A stretch of DNA of 64,000 bases from Octopus vulgaris (GCA_951406725.2 OX597817.1:128092001-128156000); one strand, 5' to 3'; counted from the first letter of the stretch, positions 14,312-28,273 are shown. Translations and numbers: made by a program. The notes: a model not told the origin generated them from the sequence alone.

Positions 14312-15543
14312 TTAATACGGTATTTTGTTGTCTCAAATACCAAACACATTCTTGTCGTCTATACTAATGATTTGTCTTTGCATAAAGGGAATAATATAAA
14401 GAGTGGTCTCCACTATATTACTCCCTATTAGCATTTTCACTGTGAAAAAATGAAAATCAACGGGACTTGAAATCAGGACATACAAGTACATAACTGAATG
14501 TCTTTGAGTATCTGATTCGGTGCTCAACAGATTCTACCATTTATTATTCAACCTTATTACTAGTGGCAAAAATGAAAATATAGTCAAACTATTTCACATT
14601 TCTATACATGAAGGCAACAGTATAAGTCTACCGCTACTCAATAACGATGATAAATTCACTATTTGAAAAACTCTTTATATTTTAAGAGAATGGAAATTTG
14701 AAGTTTTACCATACTCGAGATTATAGGTTTTGTAAATTATATGAAATGGCATAAAACGAATATTGAAACTGTATCATCGTCTCAGATACCTCATAACTGA
14801 CTTCATACGTGACCTGCTATTTCGCTACCGACGAGAGACTAAAAATTGTAGAGCATTTACTCCAGCGCTTTACAGTTACTATAAATATATTTATATATTT
14901 TGTTGTCTTGCAGGCTTCGAAAATAATTTATTGATCCGTGCTAAATGCCCTAGCGTACAGATACAAAACTAATTCTTGTTATATTTCCAGTTCATCAGAC
15001 GTTATAGAGAGTCAGAGCTAGAAAAAGAGAAAGTAACATGGTGAGAGAGAAAGAAAGTTATCGAGAAAGATACAAAGAGAGACAAAAAGATGTTGCAAGA
15101 GACAAAGATAGCGGGAGAGACAAAACGTTAGTGGAAGAGACACAGGCATATAGTGAGTGTGAGAGTGATAAAAGTAAGAGAAAGAATCTGTAAGGGATAA
15201 AATGATTCTGATATTGTAGAAAATTTATTCTTTCAGCACAAAGGAAATGAAAGTTTGAGTAAGAAGAATAGGAAAGAAAGAAAGAGAATAATGAAAAGAA
15301 GCATTATTCAGAGAGAAGGAATAAAATAACAGCAACAAAAGCAAAGGGGAAAAAACGAAAAAAAAAAAAAAAGAAAGAGAGAGAGAGAGAGCGAGAAAGA
15401 AAATGCGAGCAAAAAGAAAAAGGAAGGAATTTTATGAGTCTGAAGAATCTATTTTGCTTCGAAAATTCCCTCGAGGTGGAAATAATTGACAAAAGTGAAA
15501 ACTGATAAAACAGCATGTAATTATTATGAAGAGAATGATAATG

Positions 15544-15613
<70 letters not shown>

Positions 15614-16393
15614 CAACAACAATAACAATAAACATTGAGAAATAAAATTCCCTTCTTCGAAATCTGTTTTTTTTTGTTTTGTTTTTTTTTGTTCACGGAA
15701 TCTTCCACTTTGATTCCTTAGCCATTCTTTTCATTTTGCTTTAGAGTTTTGCTTTTTCTCGCCCTTATTTCAATTAATCGTTTTCATTTTCTTTCTTTTT
15801 TTAATTATTTAAATCTTTTATTCATTTCAGTCATTGGACTGCGGCCGTGCAGGGACATAGCTTTCAAGAATATATTCCATTGATTATATTGGCTGGCAGC
15901 ACTTGTTCTTTGATTGGTAATAATTTTTATCGATCTTCCGAATGATGGAAAGCGAAATAGGCCTGAATACCATTTGAACTCTAAACGTATGTGAACGTAA
16001 CGACCAGAAAATATTTTGTCTGACGCTCTACCGACTCTGCTGTCTACTGTTCTCATATTATATTTTTAATATTATCGTATTCTTTTTTTTACTATCTAGT
16101 TTTGGGTCCGCCCGATTGGTTAGCCTTATGACCAAAAGCTTTCCATTTTTTATTTTATCTTTTATTTGTTTCAGCTGGAGCACCACCTTGAATTTTTAGT
16201 CAAATTACTCGACAATGGTAATTATTTTTCAAGCCTCATACTTATTCTGGCGGTCTCTTTTGCCGAACCGCTAGATTACGGGGATGGTAACATACCGACA
16301 CCGGTTGTCAAGCGGTGGTGGAGGACACAGACAGACAGGAAGACACACACATAGATCTACATACATATATATATATATTGTATGTATGTATGT

Positions 16394-17078
16394 ATATATA
16401 TGCATATATGGGTACAGGACGTCACCAAGACTAAACGACATGAAATACGAAAACAAATGAGTTAAGTACGCTAACAACGAGAGAAAAATGGAAAACAGGA
16501 CGAGTAATACAAAGAATACAAAGAACAACCCCTCATCAGTTGTCGGCTGTCTATCTACTCCCCATTTCGAGCAATCAACGATAATATGAGTGTTCGAAGA
16601 CAGTTGCTCCCATACATAACAAAATAAAATTTAGGATTTATGGAGGGTCAAAGTTGAGAACAAAAACAGGACAGCGGTGACATACAAGGAACCGAACGAA
16701 AACAAACATGGAGGGTCGTTAGACCAGAACGAGAGAAAATAGCAAACGCTAAGAGAAATATTTTCTTTGAATAGGAGAAAATATAGAAGAGAGAGATAGG
16801 AGACGTCAAGTCCTAAGAACGTCCATGCAGGAAAACAAAGATGGTTCCCAACTTTGACCCTCCATAAATCCAAAATTTTATTTTGGTATTTATGGGAGCA
16901 ACTATCTTCGAAGACTCATATTGTCGTTAACTGCTTGAAATGGGGAGTAGATTGACAGCCAACAAATGATGAAGGATCCATTTTTATCACTCGTTGTTAG
17001 TGTATTTAACTCATTTGTTTCCGTATTTCATGTTGTTTAGTGTCGGTGACGTCCTGTATTCATATATGCATATATATA
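16394..17078. repeat. Imperfect inverted pair of a dispersed repeat (arms ~16394-16661 / ~16844-17078); related copies at ~520-800 and ~59225-59440
   Basis: E.g. ggatttatggagggtcaaagttg vs caactttgaccctccataaatcc, and acaggacgtcacc vs ggtgacgtcctgt. Flanked by (TA)n, a layout typical of Penelope inverted pseudo-LTRs (inference). Confidence 0.75.
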
Positions 17079-17146
17079 CATATATATATATATGTATTAC
17101 TTATATCATTATTTAATTAGACGCCTCGTATCCATTTCTAAGTAAA

Positions 17147-17228
<82 letters not shown>

Positions 17229-17282
17229 TACTTGATAAAAATCATTAACGTGATTTTTATTCTTATATTCTTTTTTGAATTA

Positions 17283-17322
<40 letters not shown>

Positions 17323-17339
17323 ATGGATGGATAGATGCA

Positions 17340-18560
17340 TGGATGGATGGATGGATAGATGCATGGATGGATGGATTCTCTTGTCGTGAACGACAAATGA
17401 GAGTTTAGTAAAATGAAGTATTCATCATGTTCTATAGACATAAACATGTCTTGTCTCCTGAGGCCTACTGATGCCTTGCAAACGTTTTGGCAAATGGAAC
17501 AAGTTCAGGGCCCAATTTGCTTCAGTGCTTCTGGATTATTTATTATGTGTTTCCTTGAGCGAACGACTAAGCCGGCTTTGCTTCGTGCCACAAAACCATA
17601 ATGACAGGTAAGCTTTCCATTTAGAAGAGCAGTGTTTTGCCAGCGTGCCTCCACGTTTGCACGAAGTTGGTCCCGGTGCTGGAGTCGATCTTGCACAAAA
17701 TTTTGAACTGAGAAGTAGGACTGGCGCCCGGTCCTGCGTTCTGATGCTTTTTCTCAGGAAGAAAAGGGAATGTTGCATCGTTTCAGATTGTCTTTTAGTT
17801 TGTCTTTGAAGCGCAATAGTGGTCATCCAAATGACCTTCCTGTTGAGAATTGGCCAAAGAGAAGTTGCTTCAGAATTCTGATATCACTCGTACGTGAGGG
17901 ATGACCTGATAATCTAAGCTGTCTTTTGATAAAGATGGCTTCAATACCTGATATGTAGCATTTTGCAAGTACCTCACTGTTATGATTATGGTCGCTCGGT
18001 ATTATATTGCAGACAATACCCAAGCATCGCACATGAAAAGCATCAAGCTGATTGATGTGTTTTCGGCACAAAGTCCAAGATTTAGCACCACAAAGCAATG
18101 TTGTCAAGAGCACCGACTTATATACATTAACTTTCACTTTCAACGATACTTACCGAAAGCAGAACTTGGCTTCCTGATTCTGGACTCTATTTCTTTATCC
18201 CTCTTCGCATCATTCCACACAATGGAGCCAAGATAAGTGAAGGAGGAAACAGTTTTAGTGCTTTTCCCTCGACAGATACAGTAGGGGCAACAGCGGGAAT
18301 GTTGGTCGTAAATGGGTTAACGGATAAGCTCAGTTTTCTTGATGCTGATGGTTAGACCAAAGGCTTTCGAGAAGTTGTTTAGAATCCGTTGCATGTCCTC
18401 AAGAGTGTGTGCTACAAATGCACAATCGTCTGCGAAGAGCAAATCACGAACTGTTTGCACCAAAGTGTTAGTTTTTGCTTTCAAGTGCTGTTGGTTACTC
18501 ATTCTTTAACACCGTCGAACGCTGTTTCCAACAGGACGAAGAAATACAAAGCAAGAACAC
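17340..18560 (-). mobile_element. RTE-clade LINE, 5'-truncated and decayed
   Basis: DLLFADDCAFVAH...FGLTISIKKTE (RT motifs), VYKSVLLTTLLCGAKSWT..QLRLSGH..KQLLFG, C-terminal CSICQNVC zinc finger, adjacent (GGAT)n tract at the 3' end. Confidence 0.9.
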
Positions 18561-18720
18561 AGCCTTCAGAGGATCTTCCCAGCAACAGACAAAAGGAAGA
18601 TACGTCTATATTTGTTACTTTTGTGCCGATTAAGCTGGACATTAGAAGCATCTTTGAACTCCTGTGGGACTGAAGCTGATACCCAGATTAAGGAGAATAG
18701 TTCACATTACTTGTTCAGCA

Positions 18721-18762
<42 letters not shown>

Positions 18763-19030
18763 CACAAGGCTTTGGTCGACCCGAGGCTATAGTAGAAATA
18801 ACTTGCCCAAGGTGCCCAGCAGTGAGACTGAACCATGTAGTTGAGAAGTAAGCTTCTTACCACACAGCCAAGTCTATTTTATCATTGACCTTTTCGTCTT
18901 TTTCTTTTTCTTTTTTTTTTGTTTGGCTTTTAGTTTCTTCCACTTTTATTTATTGACATAACACATTTTGGCATAATCCGCAGTAAGACTTTTTGTTTAG
19001 TACTTTTCCTAGCATATATAAATTTGTTCA

Positions 19031-19137
<107 letters not shown>

Positions 19138-19892
19138 TGTGTGTATACATATAAGAAGAGAGAGAGAGAGACCGCTTTTCTTTTTTACTTGTATCATTCT
19201 GATATTCATATTTGCTCATAAATACCCCCAGCAACGTTTTGTTAACGCCACTAAATTGAACAATAATACCAATAAGGTGTCGAAACTGCAACGGTTTTTG
19301 CTCGATAACTGATAAGGATTGGGCGCGTCCACGTCATTTGTATGTTTCTTTCTTCATGTTGTCCGTATGGTCTTCCGTCGTCCTCTTGTGCCACATTTTA
19401 TTCTCTGTCTGCGTTTGTGCGTGCGTGCGTGCGTGTGTGTGTGTGTGTGTTGGCGGATGTGTGTGTGTGTGTGTTGTATAATGAGTCGTTTCTAATTCAA
19501 GGCGGTGAATTTGAAAGTGTGGTATTGGGAAAATTTAGCTGCAATTTCTTACAGTTTGACCATCCACACAGAGGCGTTCATTCGTTGGCTTGAACTAAAA
19601 TGCGTTGTTGATCAGCACCAAATCAAACCTGATCGAATAGTCTCGTAATGAAAAAGGATTCCAATTCTGATTACCGCTTCTTTTTTCAACATAAGGGATA
19701 TATTCTCATATATCCGTATTTAAGACAGTAGCAGATGATTTGTGGGAGATTCGGCAATTATTTCCAGTAGTTAGAGCGGAACGCTGAGATTAACCAAGGT
19801 GATTTGATGCCGCTTTATATGAGAGGGATATTGTTACGCAATAATACAAGATTCAGAATGATCCTTACTCATTCAGTCTCTCTCTCTCTCTT

Positions 19893-19957
<65 letters not shown>

Positions 19958-20039
19958 ACTCTTTTATTTTATTCTTATAGTGGTTTCAGTCATAGGACTG
20001 CAGTTATGCAGGAGCATCGCCTTTACTATTTCAGTCTTG

Positions 20040-21420
20040 TTGTCGCTTTATGGCCGGAGGTCGGTCTATGATTGTAGCGGCCGATCTTCCTTGAGTAGTT
20101 GGCTGTTCTGGTATCGTCGTTAGGAGTTTATCTAATGTTTTATTTTAATATTTCAGTAGAGGTCTCTTCTATATTTCTGATTTCTTGAGGTAGGGCAGTT
20201 AAACAAATGAGGATATCTAATTATCAGATTGGTACATTAGAGTGGTTTTGCACGTGATTTCTAAGGTAGTATATTTGGAAGCTGACAGCATTTACTAGTT
20301 CGTGCATTAAAATTTTCTCTTATGCGCCAAAGCTTGGAACATGCCCCTCCAGGATTTTCCATCCGTATATGATAGTATATATCTCCCTTCACCGTTCTGG
20401 AGAGTAGAGACGCAGCGTTTCCAGACGTTCCAGTAATTAAGGCTTTTAACCGAAGTTATTTTACTGGCAAGCGTCCTTTGTAACTCTTCAGTCTCTTCTA
20501 TGAGCCCGGATGAGTTTGGTGACGAAAGCTGTGAGCAGTATTCAATCTGCTCAGAACTAAATATTTCAGTAGAGTCAGCATAAATACCGGCTTTCTTGTC
20601 ACGAAGGTTCTTATGATCCACTCTATAAGTTGTCTAGATTTAGAAGTCATTCTGGTGATGCGGTTGATGAAAAATGCATCATTTGACATGATTACTCCGA
20701 AGTCCCATATGTCATTAGTGTTATTAACCATTGCTTTATCGAGTATCAATTAATGTGATTTGTGCGTGTTCCCTTCGTAATGCAGAACATGAATTTTTGA
20801 TGTACTAAATTTCCTATTGTTTTTATCTGCCCATTGATACACGAGGTTTATTTCATTTTGGAGTGTGATCACATTTTTTTAAAGTTTGGACAGCCATCGA
20901 TATTTTTGTTTCATCGGCATAACTCGTCGTGTTAGCCGAATGCACGTGTGAGCTTATATCTGACAGGGTGATGATAAATGATAATGGCAGGATGATGATA
21001 AATAATAATGGTATACCACTTATTACAACTGATTTTGTAGAGAGAAAAGCTTTAGCAGCAACAGATTTATTCCTGTCCGGTAAGAAGTTAAAGAGTCATT
21101 CTCTGAGTTTTTCTGTGATACAAAGTTCCCTCGATCAATGATTGCATGATCAATTTTCTCAAAGGCTTTAGCAAAATGAAGATGTATAAGTCAGCGTTCA
21201 TTTCTCTCAAGTGATTATTGAGAATTGTGTTTGGTGCTGTAAAAGTTGTTACAGGCAAGTTTGTCCAATCTGAAAACCATGTTGTGTATTATCTAAGATG
21301 CTGTTCTACCAAGTTATTCTTTTTCGAACAATGCTTTCCATTATTTTAGATGTGTGAGATAAGAGAGGTAACATCTATGGTCAAACTGAGGTCGATTAAT
21401 TGCATTATTAGCGTATTGCA
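20040..21420 (-). mobile_element. CR1-like LINE reverse transcriptase remnant
   Basis: FAKAFEKIDH (~21150), SYADETKI (~20910), DFGVIMSND...WIIRTFVTR..MLTLLKYLVLSRL, IEYCSQLSSP. Confidence 0.8.
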
Positions 21421-22099
21421 CACTCGATTAGGAGAGGAGGAAATATATTGCTATGTCTTCCTCCTTGTTTCCGTACCCTACGGTCATTTTCGTGTAGGAC
21501 ATAACCTAGTATACATATTTCCGTATCCAATATGCCTGAGGCCAGGTGCGTTTCACTTAGTGCTACACATATTGTCTTTTCTCTGTGTGCAAGGTCTCTG
21601 AGATCTGATGCACTTTTTTTTAGATTTGTGAAGTCTCAGAGAGCTTGTATATTCAGCATAATTACTGGGTTGGGTTTGTGGGTTAAAAACTACAATGGAG
21701 TGGGGTAACAGCTCTGGTTGTGTGAGAGCTGAAAGGTATTATGGAGGATTTCTTTCGGCTGATCCATCATGGCTGAATAAGAATTTTGCTTTGGAAGGGG
21801 TTGGTGTCTGGAATTCTTATGGCAACACTATTGTATATGACTATGGTTATCTGGTTTGCAGTTGTTGATTTTACTGGTGTACCCTGTGGATATCTGAATG
21901 ACTGCTGAGTTTCGGATAAGTCTGAACCAGCACTGCCATTGTGAGGGATGTTTCTATTGTGGGTTTGGTGGTAGTTTGGAGTCATGCTTTTACTAGTGTA
22001 CCAAATCCCTGGAAGTTGAGTAAAGGGACGGTCAGCTTTAGATATAACCTCTTGCGATGGAAATAGTTGCAGATTTTAGGATTCAGGGTTACACGTGTA

Positions 22100-22300
22100 G
22101 AAGATGTATGTTTTGGCGTTGGTTGGTGCTGTTCGTTTGAATTATCCGTCTTGTCCCAGATGAATGTGTGAAATTCCAGTCACTGCATATGCATATACTC
22201 TCACCTTCAGGATAGCTGCATATTTTGGGGTTTCGTGTGTTCATAGATTTTAATTTTATTTACAGTGGGTAGATCTAACATGGAGGAATACATGCAGACG
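22100..22300 (-). pseudogene. Probable ORF1 remnant (CCCH-type) of the same CR1-like LINE
   Basis: PKICSYPEGESICICSDWNFTHSSGTRR resembles the HPKxC...C....C.F.H.KGTKR motif of invertebrate CR1 ORF1; same strand, upstream of the RT. Confidence 0.4.
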
Positions 22301-23909
22301 GTGGTGGAGAGTGGAGAGGGAAGAAAGGAGTGATTCTTCGCTAATTGAAGTAGTAGTGGTGGTAGATAATAGCAATAGATTAGGGTGACGATGGTGTTGA
22401 AAGATCTCTGAGAGTGTGAAGAATTGGAGATGCTTGACTGAGAGGAGCAGCTAGAAGCTGGAGGTCATCGATAGTGACAGTAGCGAGGAGTGGTTGTGGC
22501 TTCTGATCATGTTGTTGTTGTTGTTTGGTTGTGGTAATGATAGTAGTAGTAGAACATGATGACAATGATGATGATTGGACAGTTGTGGCATTCAGAGGAA
22601 ATGAGGAAAAATAGATAACTGGACTGTGAAAGGCTGTTGAGAAGTGATTGCGGCTGCTGGTCATGCCGTTGAAGCTATTGTCGATTTTTTTTAGTTCCTG
22701 CTGTTGTTATTGTTGTTCTTGTCGTTATTGTTGTTGAACTCTAGTAGGAGAAAAAACGTGGTGAAGTCTCTCAAAATGTCTGTGAGTTAATTTAAACGTG
22801 ATTTTAATGTCTTTGTGTTTATTGTGTATTTGCCCCTCCGACCGCTTATTGAACAGTTGGACTGTTCTTTTGGCAATCTAATTCAGACATGAAGCAGCTA
22901 TGTTTTCAGTTTAGAAGAGATAAAAACCATGCATTTATGAGAATATTGATTTCATTCTGAGACCACATTTGTTTACTGGTCTGTAACAATAGTAAGGTGA
23001 GGGTCATCAATAAAACTGCACCTATCGTTAAGTTTTTATACTAATCTTGAGGTTCTTGCAGGCACTGCTTATTTATATTTGTTTCTACACTCGGTATATA
23101 AACTTCTTTAAATTTCCACAGAATCAACTTTATCTCTTGATTATTATATAGTGGTGGATTTCGAAGGCTTTTCATTTGGATTGAATTCTTTCTTCGGCTA
23201 TCCATTTTTATTTCCTTCACAGAGGTGGTTGTTATATGGGGGGGTAGAGAGATGAATTACTCTTATTTCATTGCGAAAACTCGACTATTAGTGAGGAAAC
23301 CAATAACCAAAGATAATTTTTTGATGAAGTGGAGATGTATCATTTTTCAGTCGATGAACAGAAACAACTTGGTTTCGATTCCAGCCAACTTGTATCTGTT
23401 GTAACTGTTGTGTTTATTAAGGTGGTGTAACAGAAACGGCAGACCACCAGATTAAGTACTGTGATGTATTCATATGGCCCCTGTGTTTCATGAATATGAG
23501 TCTTACTCCATGTATTAGATTTTACCTTTCATTTATCAGGTATCTATAAACAAATACGAGGTATATACAACTTGGCTAAAAGATTTTGGCTTGGGCCAAT
23601 GTGAGAAAATCATTATTATCGATCACTATCACGTCACTGAACATTAGATTTTTTGGGATTTGTATGTGCTACATCCTATCAATTGCTATTCCATGGTTTA
23701 ATGCATGCATACATACACACACACACACATACATACATACATACATACATACATACATACATACATACATACATACATACATACATACATGCATGCATGC
23801 ATGCATGCATGCATGCATACATACATACATACATACAAACATACATACATACATACATACATACATACATACATACATACATACATACATACATACATAC
23901 ATACATGTA

Positions 23910-23982
23910 GCCCAGCTAGCTCAGTCAGTAGAGCACGAGATTCTTAATTTCGGGGTCGTGGGTTCGAGCCCCACGTTTGGCG
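23910..23982 (+). tRNA. tRNA-Lys(CTT), probably a pseudogene
   Basis: 73 nt GCCCAGCTAGCTCAGTCAGTAGAGCACGAGATTCTTAATTTCGGGGTCGTGGGTTCGAGCCCCACGTTTGGCG, close to canonical metazoan tRNA-Lys-CTT. Anticodon stem CGAGA/TTTCG pairs and the T-arm is intact, but D-loop G18 is A and the acceptor stem has a C:T mismatch. Confidence 0.75.
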
Positions 23983-24162
23983 AAGCTAATTCTTATAGAC
24001 GCAGGAGTGGCTGTGTGGTAAGTAGCTTGCTTACCAAACATATGGTTCCGGGCTCAGTCCCACTGCGTGGCACCTTGGGCAAGTGTCTTCAACTATAGCT
24101 TCGGGCCGACCAAAACCTTGGGAGTAGATTTGGTAGACGGAAACTCAAAGAAGGCCGTCGTG

Positions 24163-24218
<56 letters not shown>

Positions 24219-27019
24219 AAGATAGACAGAGAGACAGATACAGAGAGAGACAGAGAGAGAGACAGAGAGAGAGACAGAGAGAGAGACAGAGAGAGATGAA
24301 AAAGATTGAATTTAGATTGCCCTTTAATTTGGAGGTTTCCAAAAAGATATTTCGTATATTGATTTTTCATATTTACAGGCGTAAATTTGCGAATATGAAA
24401 ATAATACTTGTATATGCTGTGTTGTGAATTTATGGAAAGAAATGCCATAAACCTTAACAGTTTAGTGAAAAATAGCGAAGAGAAGATGTTAAAGTATATA
24501 AGAGAATGTTAATTCGTGCAGATGATCGTTTCGTACAGAGATATAAAATAATGCAGATTCATGGTTGAATTGAATTAAATTAAATTAATTAAATTAATTC
24601 ATTATATATCAATGTACTCTTCAGTGCAAGAAGTATAAACAAAATTTTTACAAAGAACTTGAGAAAGGAAATAGCAGAACAGAATCTAGGAGATTCATTT
24701 TTATCCTTATGAGAAAAAGAGACACAAGTCCAGTTAAGTATTAACTCTAACTAGAGAGGCTCTAATGGTTATTTGGAAATATAAGTAAAAGAGATTTCAG
24801 AGACGTTCCCTCTATAGATGAGTAAGGAGATTAGAAATTTTAATTCCAAATAAATCATGTAGAGCAAAAATTGTATAAAAATATTTAATGGAAAGGCATG
24901 GCTATATCTGAATTAAGATATGACCTGACAGTTAAAAATATTACTTAGTAAGGTGCATATTTAAAAAAAAATTAATACATGAGAATGAAGTTAATCTAAA
25001 GGAGATAGCGTATAAACAAAATTTGTATATAGAACTTGAGAAAGGAGATAGCAGAACAGAATCTAGGAGTTAACGCAAACATGTGTCAGAGAGGTAAAAA
25101 GGGTTAAAGAGAGAATAAGATGCGTAAGATGGACTTAAGTTTGCATAAGAACTAATATTTGTTATTATCTATTAAATATAAGGTAGAAAAATAAATAAAA
25201 AGAAGAAAAAAATAGTTGTTAATGTTGCATTTCAGATAGTAGATACTTGCTGTGACTATAAAGATGAAAAAAGTGAAGTGGAAATAGATAATGGATGCTG
25301 GAATATGGGAAAATAAAAACAATGTAGGGGAGATAAATGAGCTGGGATTGAAAATAAGAAGTAAAGAGTTTAATTTGTATGTATTGATATGTAAAGTTAT
25401 ACAGTAACTATGTTTTAGTATAAATAAAAAGTATGAAGTAAGAAACTAGCTTGGCACAATACCATTAAATATCCCTCTCACATTATGCCAAGCATAAATA
25501 ATAAACCGCGATAGGTGAATTGCGATATGGCGAGTGATTACTATGTAAAATTTCCTATAAGAGACAGTATATTAAGACACATCTAAGTCATAATACCAAT
25601 AGGTTATAATACCAATTTTTCGAGCAGAGTCGACTATATCGATCTAGTACTGGAATGGTACTCTATTCTATAGACTCTGACAAGTTGATTTCTGTGAGAT
25701 TTGAACTCAGAATTTAAAGGGCTGTTACTAAATACCGAAAACCATTTTACCCGACGCTTGCCCTTTTTTTGTGAAGCTTTTTCTCTCAAAGCCGAACATG
25801 CTATCTTAATATGCGAATGTTGCATCGCTTAACGTATTATTATAACCAAACGAATGGCAGTGAGGTTGTAGCTTCCGATATTATGCCTTGTGTTATTCCC
25901 AGTGCTCAGATTTTATATTTCGTATGAGTCATCTTTATGGGGCTGAGGAATAAAGTCCAATTCAGAGAGCTATATTAGCAGACTTGTTAGAGCATCGGAC
26001 CATATGCCTCGCAAATATGGTCCAATGCATTGCGTCCTGTTACTTTATTTCATCAACCACGAAACGGTGAGTCGATAAGTAACACAACTGACTTCTGTTG
26101 AGATTTGAAGGCAACTTATAAATACCACAAGGCATTTTCTTTCAGTGCTCCTCCGATTATGCCATTTCATACACGGTTACTAATATAGGCTCAAGGCATA
26201 AAATTGTGGGTGCAGTATATATTAACACCAATATTTGACTGGTACTTATTTAGTGCACAATGATGAAATAAAAAGTGTTACTGTGACCTTGGTGAAATTT
26301 GAACAAATAATGTAGACAGATAGATACTAAACAACACCAGGAAATTTGTGAACCGCTCCACCGTTTCTGACAACTCATAAATAACAGCTTTAATAGCTAA
26401 CAAGCTCGATTCGTGTTTTCTAGAATCATCAGCGTTAATTATACGATAGATAGAGCTATATAGGAATCTATCTCTGATTTGCTTGTCTCCAGGGTTGGGT
26501 GGTATTGACTGTGCAACCCCCATCTTTGCTTCTTTTCTGCAACTACTGACCCTAAACTGTCTGATATTACAGAAGATAAAAGGAAATTCCAGTATTAAGT
26601 TAAGCATTGTGATAAACAAGTCATAATTGATCTGAAGAGGTCAGCACAGGCTGAAGGCCTTGGCTTCTGCTGAACTCCGCCTACACCAGCACGTCAGTAT
26701 TAGATTTTTTCTATACCCATGCGCTTATACACTTACCTATGTGATATCTCAGACACACGCAGAGAGAGACACACAAATACACATGCCCATATACACATAC
26801 ACCCGCACAAATACGCACACAGATAAAAAAACAAAATATACATACGTACATAGCGGATACATTCACACATGTATGTAGATATATATATATATATATAGTA
26901 AATATAAATTAACAAAATTTAGATTTATATATATTTATACATATATATTTGTATGTGTATAGTTACATATATAGGAATAGTATATATTTATATGTGTATG
27001 TGTCTGTGTGTGTATACAT

Positions 27020-27060
<41 letters not shown>

Positions 27061-27450
27061 CATATATAATACATATACGTGTACACATACATATGCGTTT
27101 GTATGTGTGTATACATACACATACATATATACATATACATGTATGCATAAACACAAATACACACACAGATACACACACAAACACACACATATATCTTAAA
27201 CAAACACAGTTGCATACATACATACGTACATCTACTCAGTGGTGCATTATATGCATTTGTGTATGTGCGTGAATGTGCGCGTACGTGTGTTTGTGTGTGT
27301 TTGCTTCTATATATTGGCATTTGTATATTATGTAAAATATTATAAACATAATTTCTGTACAGAGAGTGATAAAAATATTACACTAAATACGTTTACACAA
27401 ACGTATATATCTAAGCATGCCTGTGCTTGCAGGCACACTTGCATTTTTAC

Positions 27451-27519
<69 letters not shown>

Positions 27520-28069
27520 GCTTTATGAAAATAGGTTTACGAAAATAGGTGGAAAACAAACAAACAATATAGTATATATATAGTCTTATAACGTTTCGAG
27601 CCTACGCTCTTCAACAGAAAGATACACAGAGAAGAAACACAGAAAGAAGGAGAATATATGAGAAAATAAAAATAAAACGAACGGGACAGTTTATGCGAAC
27701 AAGTTCAAGGTTGAGAGTTCAAGGTTAGAAATGTATAGACGTCGTGGTATATTTTTTAAGGATTTCACATCAATAATAAAGTCACTTTGATCCGTGAAAG
27801 AGAGGTGCAGCCAATGGTAAGTATCCAAGGGGTAAAGAAAATCCAATGTAGAGGTAAGAGTTGATAGTAGTGTTGGTAGAATATAGGATGAAAGTGAGAC
27901 CACGTGAGCGCGTAATATATAACGGGAAGCTTTATGAAAATAGACAAAAGACTATATATATATATATATATAACGGGAAAGTTTACGAAAATAAACAAAA
28001 GACGAAGGCAAGTGGAGTACAAACAAACAAATGTATTAGTATGGCGCTCAGGAATAGAAATAGAAAAAG

Positions 28070-28107
28070 TCTTTTACGTTTCGAGCCTACGCTCTTCGAC
28101 AGAAAGA
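28070..28107 (-). ncRNA. Minimal type-I hammerhead ribozyme, A6U core variant (second copy at 27584-27622)
   Basis: Minus strand: UCUUU-CUGUCGA-A-GAGC GUAG GCUC-GAAA-CG-UA-AAAGA. Stems I and II pair perfectly; stem III is the palindrome ACGU. Confidence 0.6.
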
Positions 28108-28273
28108 TACACAGAAAAAACAAGGAGAGAAATAATACGTGTAGGAGCTAACGATCTATCATAGCGTCCTGACCTCGGACAGTGGTCAGACGCGAGGAGG
28201 ACAGTAGGGGAGATAACAGGGTCAAGTAACTTCCAAAACGAAGGTGACCCCTTATATATATATATATATATAT

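Noticed and set aside
24480-25480. Purine-rich block with a ~37-bp duplicate (24654 / 25031), possibly an old LINE
   Set aside because: No diagnostic motif could be read, so it is left unclassified.
25505-25546. Single pogo/Tigger-like terminal sequence
   Set aside because: No partner TIR or transposase found; too short to call.
26278-26619. ORF containing MGVAQS (myristoylation-like start) and a nearby CTGATGA
   Set aside because: No recognisable domain or splice support; the CTGATGA lacks a properly placed GAAA and stem III.
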